64,000 bases of DNA from the human T2T-CHM13v2.0 reference genome, Homo sapiens: NCBI RefSeq assembly GCF_009914755.1, contig NC_060926.1; one strand, 5' to 3'. Below the pieces are notes generated by a model that made no database searches, was not told where the DNA came from, and worked only from the letters and a program-made list of their open reading frames with translations. Below are positions 16,625 to 31,566 of the stretch, one piece after another. How positions within the stretch are numbered: the stretch's first letter is position 1; the number at the start of each line of letters is the position of its first letter. The translations under genes were made by a program, and so were the position numbers.

Positions 16625-16830
16625 ATGCTGAGGCTGAGAGCATGGGCTCCGGGTCAACCAGATCAGGATTTGTATCTGGTTATGACCTATGTTACTCAAA
16701 TAGCCCAAGCTTGGGTTTCCTGGTCTGTGAATTGGGAACACTGGGGGACCTCTGCTGCTAGCACTGTCATGGGATGAAATGGATAGTCTAGCCAAGTCCT
16801 CAGCACAGTGCCTGATGGAAAGGAAGCTGC
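16625..16830 (+). mobile_element. MIR
   Basis: gagcatgggctc...ggtttcct..tctgtgaattggg...cagcacagtgcctg. Confidence 0.65.
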
Positions 16831-17982
16831 TTCCATCACCGTCACCCAGGCCACACCACAAATTCCACCTGAGCTCACATAAAGCTCAGCTGTTCTAGCC
16901 ATGCTGTGGCCCTCAGCCCACGGCTCTGTATCCCTTCAGATCACAATACCCTTCTCCACTACTGCGTCTCTTGTTTTATCCCTGAACTTTCTCTCAGCTC
17001 CCTTGGTTGCTGACAAATAACTGAAATAAGCTTTATGGGCAGCTGTCAGTTGAGTGTCCTTTTTTCCAATAAAGCAAGCATTCTCAGCAGAATGAAGAAA
17101 AGCCTTCTGCTCCTACCTTAGACTTTTACACAGTGACAGCTGCCTGCAGTAAAGTAGTGAAGGAGGGAAAAGAAAACAAATGAGAATGCAAGGACTGGCA
17201 AATTAAGACTGTATGGGCTCACGGTTGGGGAAAAGCAATGAGGCAAACAAATATGATCACATTTAAAGGGCTCAGTGGGATTTGAGAAATTAGCATAAGT
17301 GCATAAATCTAACTACTGCTAACTTAGAGCAATGGCATTATGAGACAGTCATCAGCCTTTTTGAGCCCTTCTGATGAATTTATCCTTGAGCCATGTTCTA
17401 AAACTTAAAATAATTGTGTGCTTTAGAGCAAACAAATATCCATATATTTAGATATAACTTGCATATTCAACTCATTCAGTAATGATTAGGGTGGGATGCA
17501 GTGCATGCATTCAGAATTGTTCCAAAAGTTACTGGGTATCCAAACCTGATGAGAAAAAGTAATACAAAAGGTGTGAAGTTTATTCCTTCTTGTTTCCCTT
17601 ATTTTCCTGCAATAATGGTGATCTTATTGTGTACTGTTACTGTTTCTCCTTTCCTATGCTCTTTGTATTTCCTTCATATCACACATTAAAGCCCAGGAAT
17701 AATGTTTTTCCTCTTTAGAAATCAAGAAGTACAAATTAAAATAATAGTGAGGCATATTTTGCAAAGAGATAAGCAAAGTATCTCTTCTCTGATGTCATTC
17801 CTTAAATATCTTAATTTACCTTTGTAATTTGAATTTACTGAAACCGTTTCTGAAGATGTGTATGTTTTCTATTATCTCTTATGGTAATAACTTCCATAAT
17901 GAAAGTTATATGACTTGTTTATCTGAAACTTGCCTCCCTCAAGATTCTTGGGGCCCCTACTATTTAAAAGTATGCTGGTCTC

Positions 17983-18420
<438 letters not shown>

Positions 18421-18505
18421 TCTGGTCTGATCATATCGTCTGCAGAGTGGTTTTACTGCTGCTTCTTGGGAACAAGAAATTGACCTTCTCTTATTAAGAG
18501 CTCTT

Positions 18506-18508
<3 letters not shown>

Positions 18509-18546
<38 letters not shown>

Positions 18547-18810
18547 GTGGGGAAGCTGGAGTGCAGTGGCACAATCATAGCTCACTGCAGCCTCGACCTC
18601 CCTGGGCCCAGATGATCCTCCCACCCCAGCTTCCTGAGTAGCTGGGACTACAAGGGCATGCCACCCTGTCTGGCTAGTTTTTGTATTTTTTGTAGAGACA
18701 GGGTTTCCCCATGTTCCCCAGGCTAATCTCTAACTCCTAGATTCAAGGAATCTTCCCACCTCAACCTCCCAAAGTGTTGGGATTACAGGCTTGAGCCACC
18801 ACGCCCAGCC
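18509..18810 (-). mobile_element. Alu (AluJ) with T37 tail
   Basis: gcagcctcgacctccctgggc, gagacagggttt; TSD aagagctctttg on both sides. Confidence 0.95.
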
Positions 18811-19784
18811 AAGAGCTCTTTGGTTTTTGTTCAAAGTTATCAAAGAGGTGGAAACAAATTACTTGGCTATGCTGATTGCCTTTCTTTTGGGGCTACCAAA
18901 TGAGACACAAATTTACTAGGAGAAATACTCCCAAATTTAGAGACAATGGAAAGCTAACAAAAATCAACCAACATTGAATTAGCTATTTTGAAATTAGAGT
19001 ATGCTTTCAAGCGTGAACGAATAAATGGATATCTCAGTTTCTCTCCAAGCCATTCTAACTTATAATTGATAAAAGATAATCTTGAAAACTTTATCAAAAT
19101 TAATAAAAAGTACACAAAGAAACAAGTAAAATTTAGAAAATGGAGAATCTGAGGGGAGCCAGTGTGTCTCAACGCCTATCCAAGCAAAAAGGTACTGATT
19201 CTAACCCTAAAATAGAAAAAGCCAGTTACTAGGCAAGCTTGACTGATCAGATACATTCTCAAAGAGCACCCTGCTTCTTTTGCTTTAATTCTAATGTGTA
19301 ATTTAGTCTCCAGAGTGTATCAACCAACTAGAGAGGGGAAAAGTATAGTCCAGATCATACCATTCATTATAAAATCACACTCGCATTGTACATTTCAAAT
19401 ATGACTCTTTTGAGATTGGTTATTGCAACTCAGCTCTCCCCAAAATCATCATCCCTCAATGAACTGACAAATTGAATTTTGGAGCCTGTGAAGCTGAGGC
19501 CCAGTCCCTGGACCATGGTGACTTCACCTAGTGCCACCGGCGCAGCGTGACAGAGCCAGCTGGCCTCATGGATCTCTGCTGCAGAAGAAGGGAGATGCTG
19601 GGTATTCTCAGCAGCCAGCTACTCAGGAGCCAGCCTTCACCTTGCCCCTCATCCACTCACACTGGGATCCGGATTTAAGAAGAAGGAATTAGATGTGAGT
19701 TTTGTCTGGGGGCTTTTTCAGGACAGATGCCCAGCAGAAGGGTTCTCAACGGTGACTGAGAGTTTCCGTCTCCCCTAGAACCCA

Positions 19785-19799
19785 CAGTTCAATGAACTG
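19785..19799. promoter_or_regulatory. Perfect IR1 nuclear-receptor-type element (AGTTCA a TGAACT)
   Basis: palindrome cagttca-a-tgaactg in unique CpG-retaining sequence; function inferred only. Confidence 0.4.
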
Positions 19800-20029
19800 A
19801 CTTCAGCGAAGCGGTCGAGCCCTGGAGGCAATCTGTTTGAGACTTTAGTTATGCTTCCAAGACGCCAATGGAGCCCTAGAAATATGTGATGAATTATACA
19901 AAGAGGGACAACTACTTTCTATTCACCTTATTTTGATAGCCATATACACTGCTTCTGCCCATTTAGCTTATGATTTCCAGCAGAGGCCGAGGACAGTGTT
20001 ATTTGTTAAAAAAAATTTCCTGTGGATTC

Positions 20030-21010
20030 AGAAAACAATATCACACTTCATAAATGAATTAATTCCTTAATATCATCCCATACCAATTCATAGTCAAAAT
20101 TTCCCAATTGTTCTAAGAATGTCCTTTGCACATGTTTATCCAGGCCAGGATCCGATCTAGAATGTTACAGTGCATCAAGTTGTTATTTCATCTACATTTC
20201 TTTTGATACAGAATAGTCACTTTTTTCAGAATACTGACTTTTTCAGAGGATCGAGCCATAAAATAGGATTATCTCATAAAATAGCTCACCTTCTGTATTT
20301 AGCTGCTTGTTTCCTGTGGTCTTATCCAGCTTGTCCCTCTATGCCCTATGCTTTGCGTAGACTGTAAGTTAGATCTAAAGACTTAATCCGATTTAAGTTA
20401 CATGTTTTTGACCAAAAGGAAAAAATACATCCTGGGTGATATTACATACTTCATGTTGCCTCACATTACAAGACAATGTTGTCGTGGTGTTAGTGGTGTT
20501 AAAATTGAGCACCGGATTAAAATACTGACCTTCTGATTTCTCCAGTGTACATTGCCTCTCTTGTGAAATGAAAGAAGGAGGTTAGCCACCTGTATGGTGG
20601 TACTTTGGCTCCATATGAATGTCCTCTTCCCTATTAACAGTTTGTCTATGATTTTATCAGCAATTAATAATTCTTTTTATTTATTTATTTTTTTTTTTTG
20701 AGATAGGGTCTCACTCCGGCTGTCCAGGCTGGAGTGCAGTGGTGCGATCTTGGCTCAGTGTAGCCTCGACCTCCAGGGCTCAGGTAATGCTCCCACCTCA
20801 GCCTCCTGAGTAGCTGGGACTACGGGTGCACATCACTATGGCCCGGCTAGTTTTTTGTATTTTTAATAGAGACAGGGTTTCACCATGTTGCCCAGGCTAG
20901 TCTCCAACTCCTGAACTCAAACATTCCACCTGCCTCAACCTCCCGAAGTGCTAGGATACCAGGTGTGAGCCATCACACCCAGCAACAATTGATAATTTTG
21001 GCCTGATAAT
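20030..21010 (-). mobile_element. L1MC-type 3' fragment, interrupted by AluJ
   Basis: ttccttaatatcatc..ataccaattcatagtcaaaatttcccaattgt, antisense L1MC motifs. Confidence 0.65.
20674..20984 (-). mobile_element. Alu (AluJ)
   Basis: gagatagggtctcactc...tagcctcgacctcc; degenerate TSD caattaataatt / caattgataatt. Confidence 0.95.
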
Positions 21011-21139
21011 TTCCCTCTGGCATCACCTTTTCCATAGTCAATATACTATAGTCTTATGGTACACTGCTTACCAGCTGTGGTTTGAAGCAAATCACTGGCT
21101 TCTTGATGCTTAATTCCTTTATCTGTAAAAATAGGTTAT

Positions 21140-21399
<260 letters not shown>

Positions 21400-21479
21400 C
21401 CAATCCACATGGCTGTCAGCAGTATGTAACATGCTTTGCCTGGTGCCTGGTGGTATGTATCCATGCAATAAGCATTGGC

Positions 21480-21632
21480 TTTTTTTTCTTTCTTTTTAAA
21501 AAATATTTTAAAAATTCAATTAAATAGAGACAGGGTCTTGCTATATTGCCCAAGCTAATCTTGAACTCCTGGGCTCAAGCAGTTCTCCCACCTCCACCTC
21601 CCCAGTAGCTGGGATTGTAAGCTTGAGCCATG
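21480..21632 (-). mobile_element. FLAM / Alu left monomer
   Basis: agagacagggtcttgctatattgccc...cctgggctcaagc...tgagcca. Confidence 0.85.
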
Positions 21633-22429
21633 GCTTTTTGTTATTATTGTGCTTTTTCTTATTTTGGTAGTGACGGATTGCAGAGCATTATCCAGTCTCA
21701 TGTCCCTAAGGCAAAAACAAAAAACAAAAAAAAAAAATAAAAAAACAGCAACAACAACAACAACAACTCTATAAAGGAGTTGAGGAAGTTAGATTTTTTA
21801 AGAAAACTGACTTGTACCATCTTCTTAAAAGCAAGGTGTGTTCTAAGAATCAGTAGTGCCTCAACATGGTACAGAGGAGAAGGGTCCATTGTTAAAATAA
21901 TGTCTAGAAGATGTTTCCAATTCTTTTCCTTTCTTGGAGTCTCATTGAACATATTATTAAATTAAAGTTGCCGGAAAGCCTCTCGGGAAAGAAACCTGGC
22001 TTGTAGGCTAATCTAGTATTTTCTAATTTATTTGCCTGTAGACACTACTCCCTGACCTCTGCCGCTGACTTTTCTTAAACACACACAAACATTACATTGA
22101 GCTGCCTTCGATTCTTCCAAAGGCTTGAATGAAGAGGGAATCAAACAGATAAGCTGACTCCCTGTGGAGAGTTGGGAGGTGTCTGCCATTGGCTTTGGAT
22201 TCTGAAAAGCCACACAAGCTAGAGGAGTTGTCAAGAGGTTCATTTTTTGAGGGGTCAGGAAAGGCATAAATTAGGGGTCTGGCAGTAATTCAACAGCTAA
22301 ACTCTCTTTCTTAGACTTTCTCCTAGAGGATCTTAGAATCCACCCATCCTATAGGTGTGTCACAGCTACTGGGACTTGCCTAGGCCAGACAGGAGTGAGT
22401 CCTTTGGGCCAATGCTTAGATACTGAAGG

Positions 22430-22620
22430 GTATAGAATATATTATGGTTCAGAGGAAGAGCAGAGGATTTGGAGTCAGACAAACACGGGTGAATGCCTTA
22501 GCTCTACCAGGTATTTACCATGATACCTGGGAAAATCTCTTAACCTCTCTGAACCTCTTTGTTTATCTGTATGATAGATACAATTAAAGTACTTAGACCA
22601 AATGGTTGTGAAGCTTTCTT
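22430..22620 (+). mobile_element. MIR
   Basis: tttggagtcagac...cttaacctctctgaacctc. Confidence 0.7.
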
Positions 22621-22734
22621 AAATATTTAAAAGCATTTTTTTTAAATGAAGTAGTATATAAATGATAGTTAATTTAATTTTAATAGTAAGAGTATTCTTA
22701 CTGATCTACATGGCCCCGCATTTTGTGGATTGAC

Positions 22735-22920
22735 TAATCATTGTTTTATTTATTCAAATGGTCAATATTTACTGAGCATTTTCTATGTACCAGGCACTGG
22801 GTAGGTGCTTACACAGAGCGTGAAATAGAGCAGATCCAGTCCCTGACTTAATGTAGCTTACATTCCATTGTGGGAGACATATGATAAGCAAATATACACA
22901 CAAATAAATATAGAATTATA
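22735..22920 (-). mobile_element. L2 3' end
   Basis: aatatttactgagcattttctatgtaccaggcactg. Confidence 0.75.
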
Positions 22921-23054
22921 GTCCCCTCCTTCCAGGTACTGATGTGGTAATTTTTAAATGGGCATATTGCTTATAATATATATTTTGAAGGTAATATCCA
23001 CAAATAAATATATGGAAATGAATTTGTCAGCTTAAGTAAAGAATAAGATTATTA

Positions 23055-23250
23055 ATATAGAACTGGAAGAGACCTTAGGAATAATTTATCTCAATCTCCT
23101 CATTTTATAGATGAGGAAAACTAGGACCCCGAATACTACAGAAACTTACCCAAAGTCACATGTTTGTTGTGTCATGTGTGTCACATGTGTGCGTGTGTGT
23201 GAGGCAGGGGTCAGAACACAGATTTCCCTTCTTTACTCAGTGCTTTCCAC
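23055..23250 (-). mobile_element. MIR
   Basis: ctcattttatagatgaggaaaact...acttacccaaagtcaca. Confidence 0.75.
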
Positions 23251-23364
23251 TCTGCTGGTTCCATCTGAAAGGCATTATGAGTGGCTCCTATTTTATCTGT
23301 GTGTTATAAGTACACTCTTATACAATGTGTTCTGATTATCAAAAATTGGGGACCCAGACCAATT

Positions 23365-23590
23365 GATTTTTCCAAACTTTGTTCCATGAAGCATTAGGAT
23401 TTTATTAGATGTTAATAGGTTATCACTTTAAGCTTCTTGGTCAAATTACTGTTGGAACTTTATCTTTACTATAGAGATCCATAAATGTATATTGTAATTT
23501 TAAAAGATTATTCCTGCAGTAAGGAAACCTTTCAAACTACGCCCAACCTAACATTCCCCAAACTTACTTGATTACGGAATCCATTTTAAG
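23365..23590. mobile_element. MER103C-like hAT-Charlie element
   Basis: ttttccaaactttgttccatg..agatgttaataggt...ttccccaaacttacttgattacggaatcc. Confidence 0.65.
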
Positions 23591-24195
23591 TTCTGTAACT
23601 GTGAATGTGATTCATGTGCTGTGCAGGAAGTGTAGCCTTAGCATCCATTTAGTTGGCTTCTTGGTAAAGGTTGTGGAAGCCCAATAGAGCTCGCTAAACC
23701 AAAGCCAATCACACAACTTTAAAAGGAGCAGTTTCTTGGGTCTTAGGAATTCAGGCAGACTGTGGATGTGCTGTAACATGTAGGAGCAACACCTAGTAGG
23801 ACTCATTTTCTTAAGGTGACCATGTCCTTTTAACCAAGGACTGAAATGGGAAACCATGGAAGCATAAAAAGTATGTTTTGATATATCTTTGAAGAAAAAC
23901 AGTCCTCTCTAAGTTTTTCTATTATTATTTTCAAGTCTTTTAAAATTATTATTATTGTTATCTTTTCAGGCATTCACAAGCCCAGAGTTCTCCAAAAGGG
24001 TGCGATATCTTCGCAGGACATGCAAACAAGGTAGCTGGATATCTTGATTCCAAAGTAAATGTGTATCACTCCTTCAGACTCATCCAAGTTCATAGGCATG
24101 AAGCTTGTCTGCGGCTGCGTGGTTGGACCATCCAAACTTGAAACTGTTAGTGATATTTTGAAGTCTTTGAGACAAAAGCCCAGCTTGCTGAAGAA
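23401..24195 (-). other. Candidate terminal exon of a minus-strand spliced transcript
   Basis: about 50-nt AG-free pyrimidine tract then AAAG| at 24196 (alternative CAG 8 nt further in); 73-codon open frame to TGA at 23974-23976; AATAAA at 23406-23401. Confidence 0.3.
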
Positions 24196-24940
24196 CTTTG
24201 GTTCAGTAGAGAGACAGGGAGGTACAGGGGAGAGAGAATCAAAAGCCTGGAAATTTGCTGCTGAGAATAAATGTTAGCTGCTCCCTGAGGTGATTTGTCT
24301 GTGCACTCCACTCTCTACAGATGTTAGAGCCTCTTTTTGAGTAAGGACCCGAGGTTCTTTGGTAGCACTTTGATATCCTGCTCGAATTCAATATGTGAAA
24401 TGGAGGCGTCTCTCTGTGACTTGGAGCCCACAGCAGGCTTTGAAGTCTGATCCAATTTTTGCTGCCTACTATTTGATGTTGAAAGGATGAAATGAAGAAA
24501 ATGTACAGTTTTTGCCAGTAACTCTGCTGAGCATATGTAAGATTAAAAAAACAAAATCCTTTGGATGATGTACTTAGAAATGTTAAGCAGATTAATACCT
24601 TCCTATAGGTTTTCTTTTTTCTTTCTTAGAGATAAAAAATAAGTATAGGTGAAAATCAGCACATAGCTGTTTTATATTCTGGACTATAATTAATTTAACA
24701 GGAAGCTAGGTTGACTCGTTCTGAGGAAGAAATGAATGAAGCAAAAGATGTTAAGACTTGGCTTCTAATTGCCCCAAGGAGAGGACCTCCATTCAATTCT
24801 ATGTAAGATGGGAGCAACTTACAAATGATTCCAGTATACTTAGCCTCTTGCTTTTAGTCAGGTTTAAGTGCCCCTTCATTAAATAGAAGCCATGTCCTTA
24901 AGGCTGTTTCATCAGAGGATAAGAATAATATTTCTCTTAC

Positions 24941-25049
24941 TGGGTTTTTCTGAAGCACTCGGTTTCTGGGACTGATTTGCTGTCTTCTCGGATATGCCAT
25001 CCTGCTCCAGATCAGCAAGGATTGAGTCTCTGGGGAGCCCCTCAAAAGC
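24941..25049 (-). other. Candidate internal exon (109 nt)
   Basis: acceptor gttcttcttaccag|G, donor CCA|GTAAGA, two of three frames open, CpGs retained. Confidence 0.4.
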
Positions 25050-26039
25050 CTGGTAAGAAGAACGTTTTGAATTGCATGCGGCTTCTACCATTTGCATGTT
25101 TGTGTACTTTTTAGTGTGTTGTTTGGGCAGGACTCAATTAGATAGTAATATGACCAAATGTTGGCAAAAAGTTTTGGGAAGCCATACATGCTGGATGTAA
25201 AACTTGTATTAAAGGTAGCAGTTTACCATGTACCCATGTCATTTAAGACAATGAATATCAAAGTCCATGCTTTTCCATTTACTTAACCTTAAACTAGGAA
25301 ACTGTTCTAAAATTTCATTTTATTAAAGGGAAGATAAACAGCTGACCAGCTTTTAGTGGAGCGGATCACGCAGGGTCGAAATCTAGGAGTTGATAAAGAA
25401 TATGGATTTAGAAAGTAGTTCTGCCCTTTTGGCAACATGGCCATTCTTTGAGCAAGTAGACAGAAATGCCTTTGGGACACAACTCTTTCTGGCTCGTTTT
25501 CTAAATGTCTTGCTACAGAATATAGTAAAAGTCAGTTTCAGGTTTGCATGCAGCTAAAACCAGTGCTTCTGGAAAATAAAATAGAAACATAATTGTAAGA
25601 AATATTTACAAGCTAGAAGATACTAAGGACTACGTGAACCATTCCAAGAAAAGAAATGCTCCTGATGTTACACTTAATGTCAACCTCATCTATTTTTCTG
25701 AAATATAAAGTAATTTCTCAGATCTCTTCAATTTTCTTCTTAGCCTGTTTTTCGGTGACAAAGTAGCACAGTATGAAGTGGGAAATGCATAATAAATGTG
25801 TCATGACTTCAGTCTATATGGATCTTAAACTCTTGGAGAGAGACAAGACGATGGGTCCATTATAGCAGAACCTTTTAAATGGACATGTAGTAAATGATAA
25901 ACCCGACAAAGGAAATATTTTCCTCATAGGCAGACAGTATTCAGGAATAAGGCCACAATGAAGTGGGGGTAAAAGTAGTACAAAAAAAGAGGAGAGAATT
26001 TAGGGGAAAAACAGTATAATGGAGCAAAATTCATTATGC

Positions 26040-26215
26040 GAGAGTTTGGTTGGTACTTTTCTCTATCCAAACAGACAGTCTCTGTATTTTAATTGGAGTG
26101 TTTAGATCATTTATATTTAATGTGATTATTGATATGTTTTGGTTTAAATCTATCATCTTGCTATTTATTTTCTATTTGTCCTATCTAGTTTTTGTTCTCT
26201 CTTGGTATTCTATTT
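26040..26215 (-). mobile_element. L1M fragment
   Basis: gacagtctctgtattttaattggagtgtttagatcatttatatttaatgtgattattgatatg. Confidence 0.75.
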
Positions 26216-26254
26216 TTAAATAGATGTAATTCCTAAAAACAAAACTTTGAAGTA

Positions 26255-26520
26255 CGGTTGAATAGCTAAACCATACTGACAGGTTCTGGCATCAGACCTG
26301 CCTGGATTCAAATCTCTGCTCTCCTGTGTTAATCAAGTTACATAGCAACTCCTTACCTTAGTACCTACACATGTAAAGTGAGGGAAATAGTAATGCATAT
26401 CTGAGTGGTTTTACTTAGGATTAAATGAGCTAGTGTAAGTAAAAGGCATAGCATAGTGTCTGGCTCATAGTAAGTGTTTAGTAAATGTCAATTGCTGTTA
26501 CGGTAATTATTGTTATTGAC
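26255..26520 (+). mobile_element. MIR
   Basis: cagacctgcctggattcaaatc...ggattaaatgag...catagtgtctggctcatagtaagtg. Confidence 0.8.
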
Positions 26521-26779
26521 ATTATATAAATGCAAACGTAATCTATGAACATGAATACTAGGTAGAGAAATAAAGTTCTTTTTGTAAGGCATTAAGTTTT
26601 GGTGTGATAGTTCAGGGGAAGTAAAAATACATTGCATTTTGAATTAATATTTATTAAAAAGAAAAGAGACTTGTTGGATTACAATAATCTTTCCCATTCT
26701 TTAGGAAAGTATCTTAAAAAGTCAAATTTATTAATAAGTTACACATCTGATTTGCTATAAATGGCTCATATGCACTTTC

Positions 26780-27400
26780 TTTCTAGAGTTGTCTCTTCCT
26801 TCCAGTCTAAATGATTTTCTATTGGGTCTGCCACCATCACCATTACTTCCCCTTACACTCTTATAAACAGCATCCTAAGTATTTTTCCTGCCTCCATTCT
26901 TCTGCTTTAGCTTCTCTTATGCCAACAGAAACCTAAGATTTCTAAAGCAAAATCCTAATCATGACCTTCTCTCCCTCCATACTCTTCAGTGTCTCCCTAG
27001 TATCCCAGCATGACCTTCAAGGCTTTCTCTGTTCTGGTCCTAATCTTCTTTTCTAGCTCTAACTTCCACTGCTCTCTCTTTTTCATTCTGTGCTTCAGAA
27101 TCTCCAAACTATTCTCTATTCTCCGAACATGCCTGGTGTGTTCTTTCCCTCCTCTGTGACTGTTCATGCTGCCTCTTCTGCTCCACATGTCCTTCTTCCT
27201 CGTTTACTTTTCAAAATCCTCTCCATTCTTCAAGGTCCACAATGGCTCCCTACTCTTTTACTCTTTCTTATAATACTTATCACATCTTGCTTTGTGTTAT
27301 AGTTACTTTAATGCATCTACTAGATTTAAAACTCTCTAGAATCATGTCTTCCCATTTATGAGTTCTCTCCTCACAACCTAGCCTAGGTCTCGAATTGAAT
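26780..27400 (+). mobile_element. L2 fragment
   Basis: pyrimidine-rich with ttctaaagcaaaatc.taatcatgac, cttcagtgtctccc, catgaccttcaaggct. Confidence 0.65.
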
Positions 27401-28101
27401 TCTTGAACATCCAAAGTGGTGATGAAATATAATGGAAGCAAGAATGAAATGAAACTCTACCTAAGTAAGCAATCAGAGAAAAGTTTTAAAATGTATTTCT
27501 AACAATCCTAGAACAAAGTAAATGTTTCTGAGGCAAGCTCCAAATAGATATAGTGTACTAGTGGAAGAAATTAAAATAATCCAAGCTATTTCATTTTGTT
27601 GCTATTGCTGTTTTGGGCAGGAGAAGCAAAGGAAGTTTAGACATGAAGACGTGAGAAAACACTATATGTAAATCGAATTCCCCTTGATCTTAGAAAACGA
27701 CAAAGATGAAGAACAAATTAGTTTTTCCGTTTCGCATATATTATCAGTTGTAGAAACAAGAATATATTATTTAAGCAACATTTTTAGCAAATTATACCTT
27801 TGTGTTTCATTCTGTGCTTTAAATGACCCATTATTTTAACCCATGTTTTTGTGGAAGGCTGAATGAGAACATTGTGACCTTTTCAGTTTAAAAAAACACT
27901 AACATCCAGAAGGTTTGCCTTCTAACTTGCAGTGAGGCCTAACTTCGTTATTCTATGAAGGGGTCTGGTGAGGTGAGAGTGAGAGGCAGGGAATAAATCT
28001 AAAGTTACTCCATCTCAAGCTCAGCTTAGAGCAGCCACTCAAATAAGTCTCTAAATATGGGGCTTAAACAAGGCTGTCTTCAGAGTATAAGAAGTGTCCC
28101 T

Positions 28102-28558
<457 letters not shown>

Positions 28559-28910
28559 TCATCTGGTTTTACTAATGCAAATGGTTATACTTTAGGCATT
28601 TGTTCTTCTACTTATATTTATTTATTCAAAAAATAATTATTAACGCTATGTGCCAGGAACTGAGCAGTATTTCTCAAAACTTTTATAAAAGGCCAGTTTT
28701 TGGTTGGTTGTTTTCCATTTCACCACAGTCTGATACTTTTGTGGAATACAATAAAAATGAATTACTAACAAAATAATCATGCACTTGGATGTTGTGTCAA
28801 TATCAAAACCCTGTCCACATGATGCTACACTCTAGCAGAGGGAGATAGACAATAAACATTAAGCAGACAAGTAAGTCAATTATGTGGGATGTTAGAAGGG
28901 TGAAGAGTTA

Positions 28911-29560
<650 letters not shown>

Positions 29561-31384
29561 TTAGTCTCAGTGAAATGGGAAGCCAGTGAGTGGGAGAGTG
29601 GCATGATCTGGGTTATGATTTTAACAATAACTCCAGTTTTGGAGTTGAGAACCAACTAGACATCATCAAGAAATGAGATAGTCTGTGTAAGTACATTTTC
29701 TCTACAGCTGAAACTCTCTCAAACCTAAAATTACCTTTCATATTGAGTGCACAAACACAATTCTCCTTATTCTTTGTATCTAGGGGCATGATTATTAACA
29801 GCAGTTATCACATTGGGCTGTAATGCAGAGCAATCCTCAGAGACCAATATGAAATGGGGCCACCTACCCTTGCAGTAAATGACCCTTGACCATTATGATT
29901 TTTAGTTAATGTGCCAGATTCTCTGTTTAATTTTTCCTCTCTCAACACAAAGCTGATGTTTCTTGCTGTTGTTAATGAGCTGACTTTTTGTGACATACTT
30001 TTCTTCTCCTTCTTCCTTTTTCATCTTTGCTAAGGTCTAAAAAACAGGTTTTAAGCATTTTTTTTAGGCAGTAAAAGAAGTGGGTTTGAGAGGGAGATCT
30101 GAGAAAATCCCCTATGAATAAAAGAACAGGAACTCTTATGTATGTAGTACCTATATTAGGTACCATGCCAGGCCCTTTACTTACATTTTCTTAATGTAAA
30201 GTACACAAGCTTTAGTTTAACCTTGTGACCTGTGCCTGTTAAAGAACCCTCACTACCTGCCCTTGGGTTTTCTTTTATACCTCACCTAAGAGGTACCTCT
30301 GTTCTGGGTTTTCTTCCTGTCTACAGGGAGTATACCTTAATCACGTTTCTTTTTGAAGGTCAAAAGTAGCAAGCAGTATTCTACTGGCCTCCTGAGGGGG
30401 TCACAGTTGGCAAAGCACACTGTTGGGATGTAGTAGAGCCACCAGAGAGCATGTGGAACCTGGCATCAGGCATTAGTGATTGATTTCGGGTCTTTCATGG
30501 CCTGTCTAGCCACAGCTCCTGAGCAAATCACACCACTTTCTTTCACTTAGCAGCTTCTTTAATGCCATCTACTTCATTATTTTCCTTTACCTTTCCAGTT
30601 GCTCTCATTACTAAATTTTATAAATTTTATAGTTTTTGGCAGCAATTCAGCTATCAGAAAGCAAACTCAGGCTGTATTTTATTCTTGGAAACTTTGATCC
30701 TTAAGGTGACCAAATATCTCAACTTTCCTGTGACAGAAATGTTTTCCAAAATGTGGGATTTTCAGTGCTTACACCAGGACAGTCCCAGGCAAACAGATGA
30801 GTCGGTCACCCTGTAATAATACAGGAAATTGAGTTTGATTTAGGCAAGATCACTATATCGGGCAAGACTATGCCTCAGATCCATGCAACAGAATCACTTC
30901 ACACTGGCCGCCTGTGTTTGGAAGGGAGCGCAAGCAGCTTGCCAGACAGCAATGCTATGATCATAAAGGGCTAAGATGTCTCCCATTTGATAGGGAAAGC
31001 ATGTTCCTACAACAGAGTCTCAAAGGCCGCATAATCTCCCTCAGGAAGGCACATGGAAATCAGACACTAAACAAAGGCAAGGCTACTGGGCATCTCTGTC
31101 CCATATCCAAATTCATGACTGAATGTCACACACAAGACTGTATTCATTTATGGGTAGTCTCTGAGGTTCTGAATCCCTGCTCTTTTTGGCTCCCTCAGGC
31201 TGAAAACATCTTTTCTTCTTGTCTGGATGCCATTGAATTCACCTTAAACCCTCACCAGTAAAACTTGGTAAAGTCTTATGTGAGGACTTTTCTCAGTAAA
31301 ATGACAAAGGAATTACAGGTATAGAATTGTTATTGCTAGCATGTGAGGTTAGAAAAACACCTCAAATGAAGGGATCTTTTTAGA

Positions 31385-31566
31385 CAAATGGCTCTCAAAC
31401 TTCACTGTGCTCTCCAGAATCACCTAGAATGCTAGTTAAGACAGACTGCTGAACCCACTGCATAGTTTCCAATTCTGTGTGGGATGGAGGCGGGGATTCG
31501 TATTGTTATCAAGTTTCCAGAGGATAAGATGCTGCTGGTCTGGGGACTTCCCTTTGAAAATCACTG
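31385..31566. mobile_element. MER5A
   Basis: tggctctcaaactt...cagaatcacctaga...gatgctgctggtctggggac..ctttgaaaatcactg. Confidence 0.85.

Noticed and set aside
19456-19801. 13-bp direct repeat tcaatgaactgac as the TSD of a 320-bp retrocopy
   Set aside because: There is no poly-A or ORF in the interval, and one such match is plausible by chance in 64 kb. Kept only as part of the IR1 finding.
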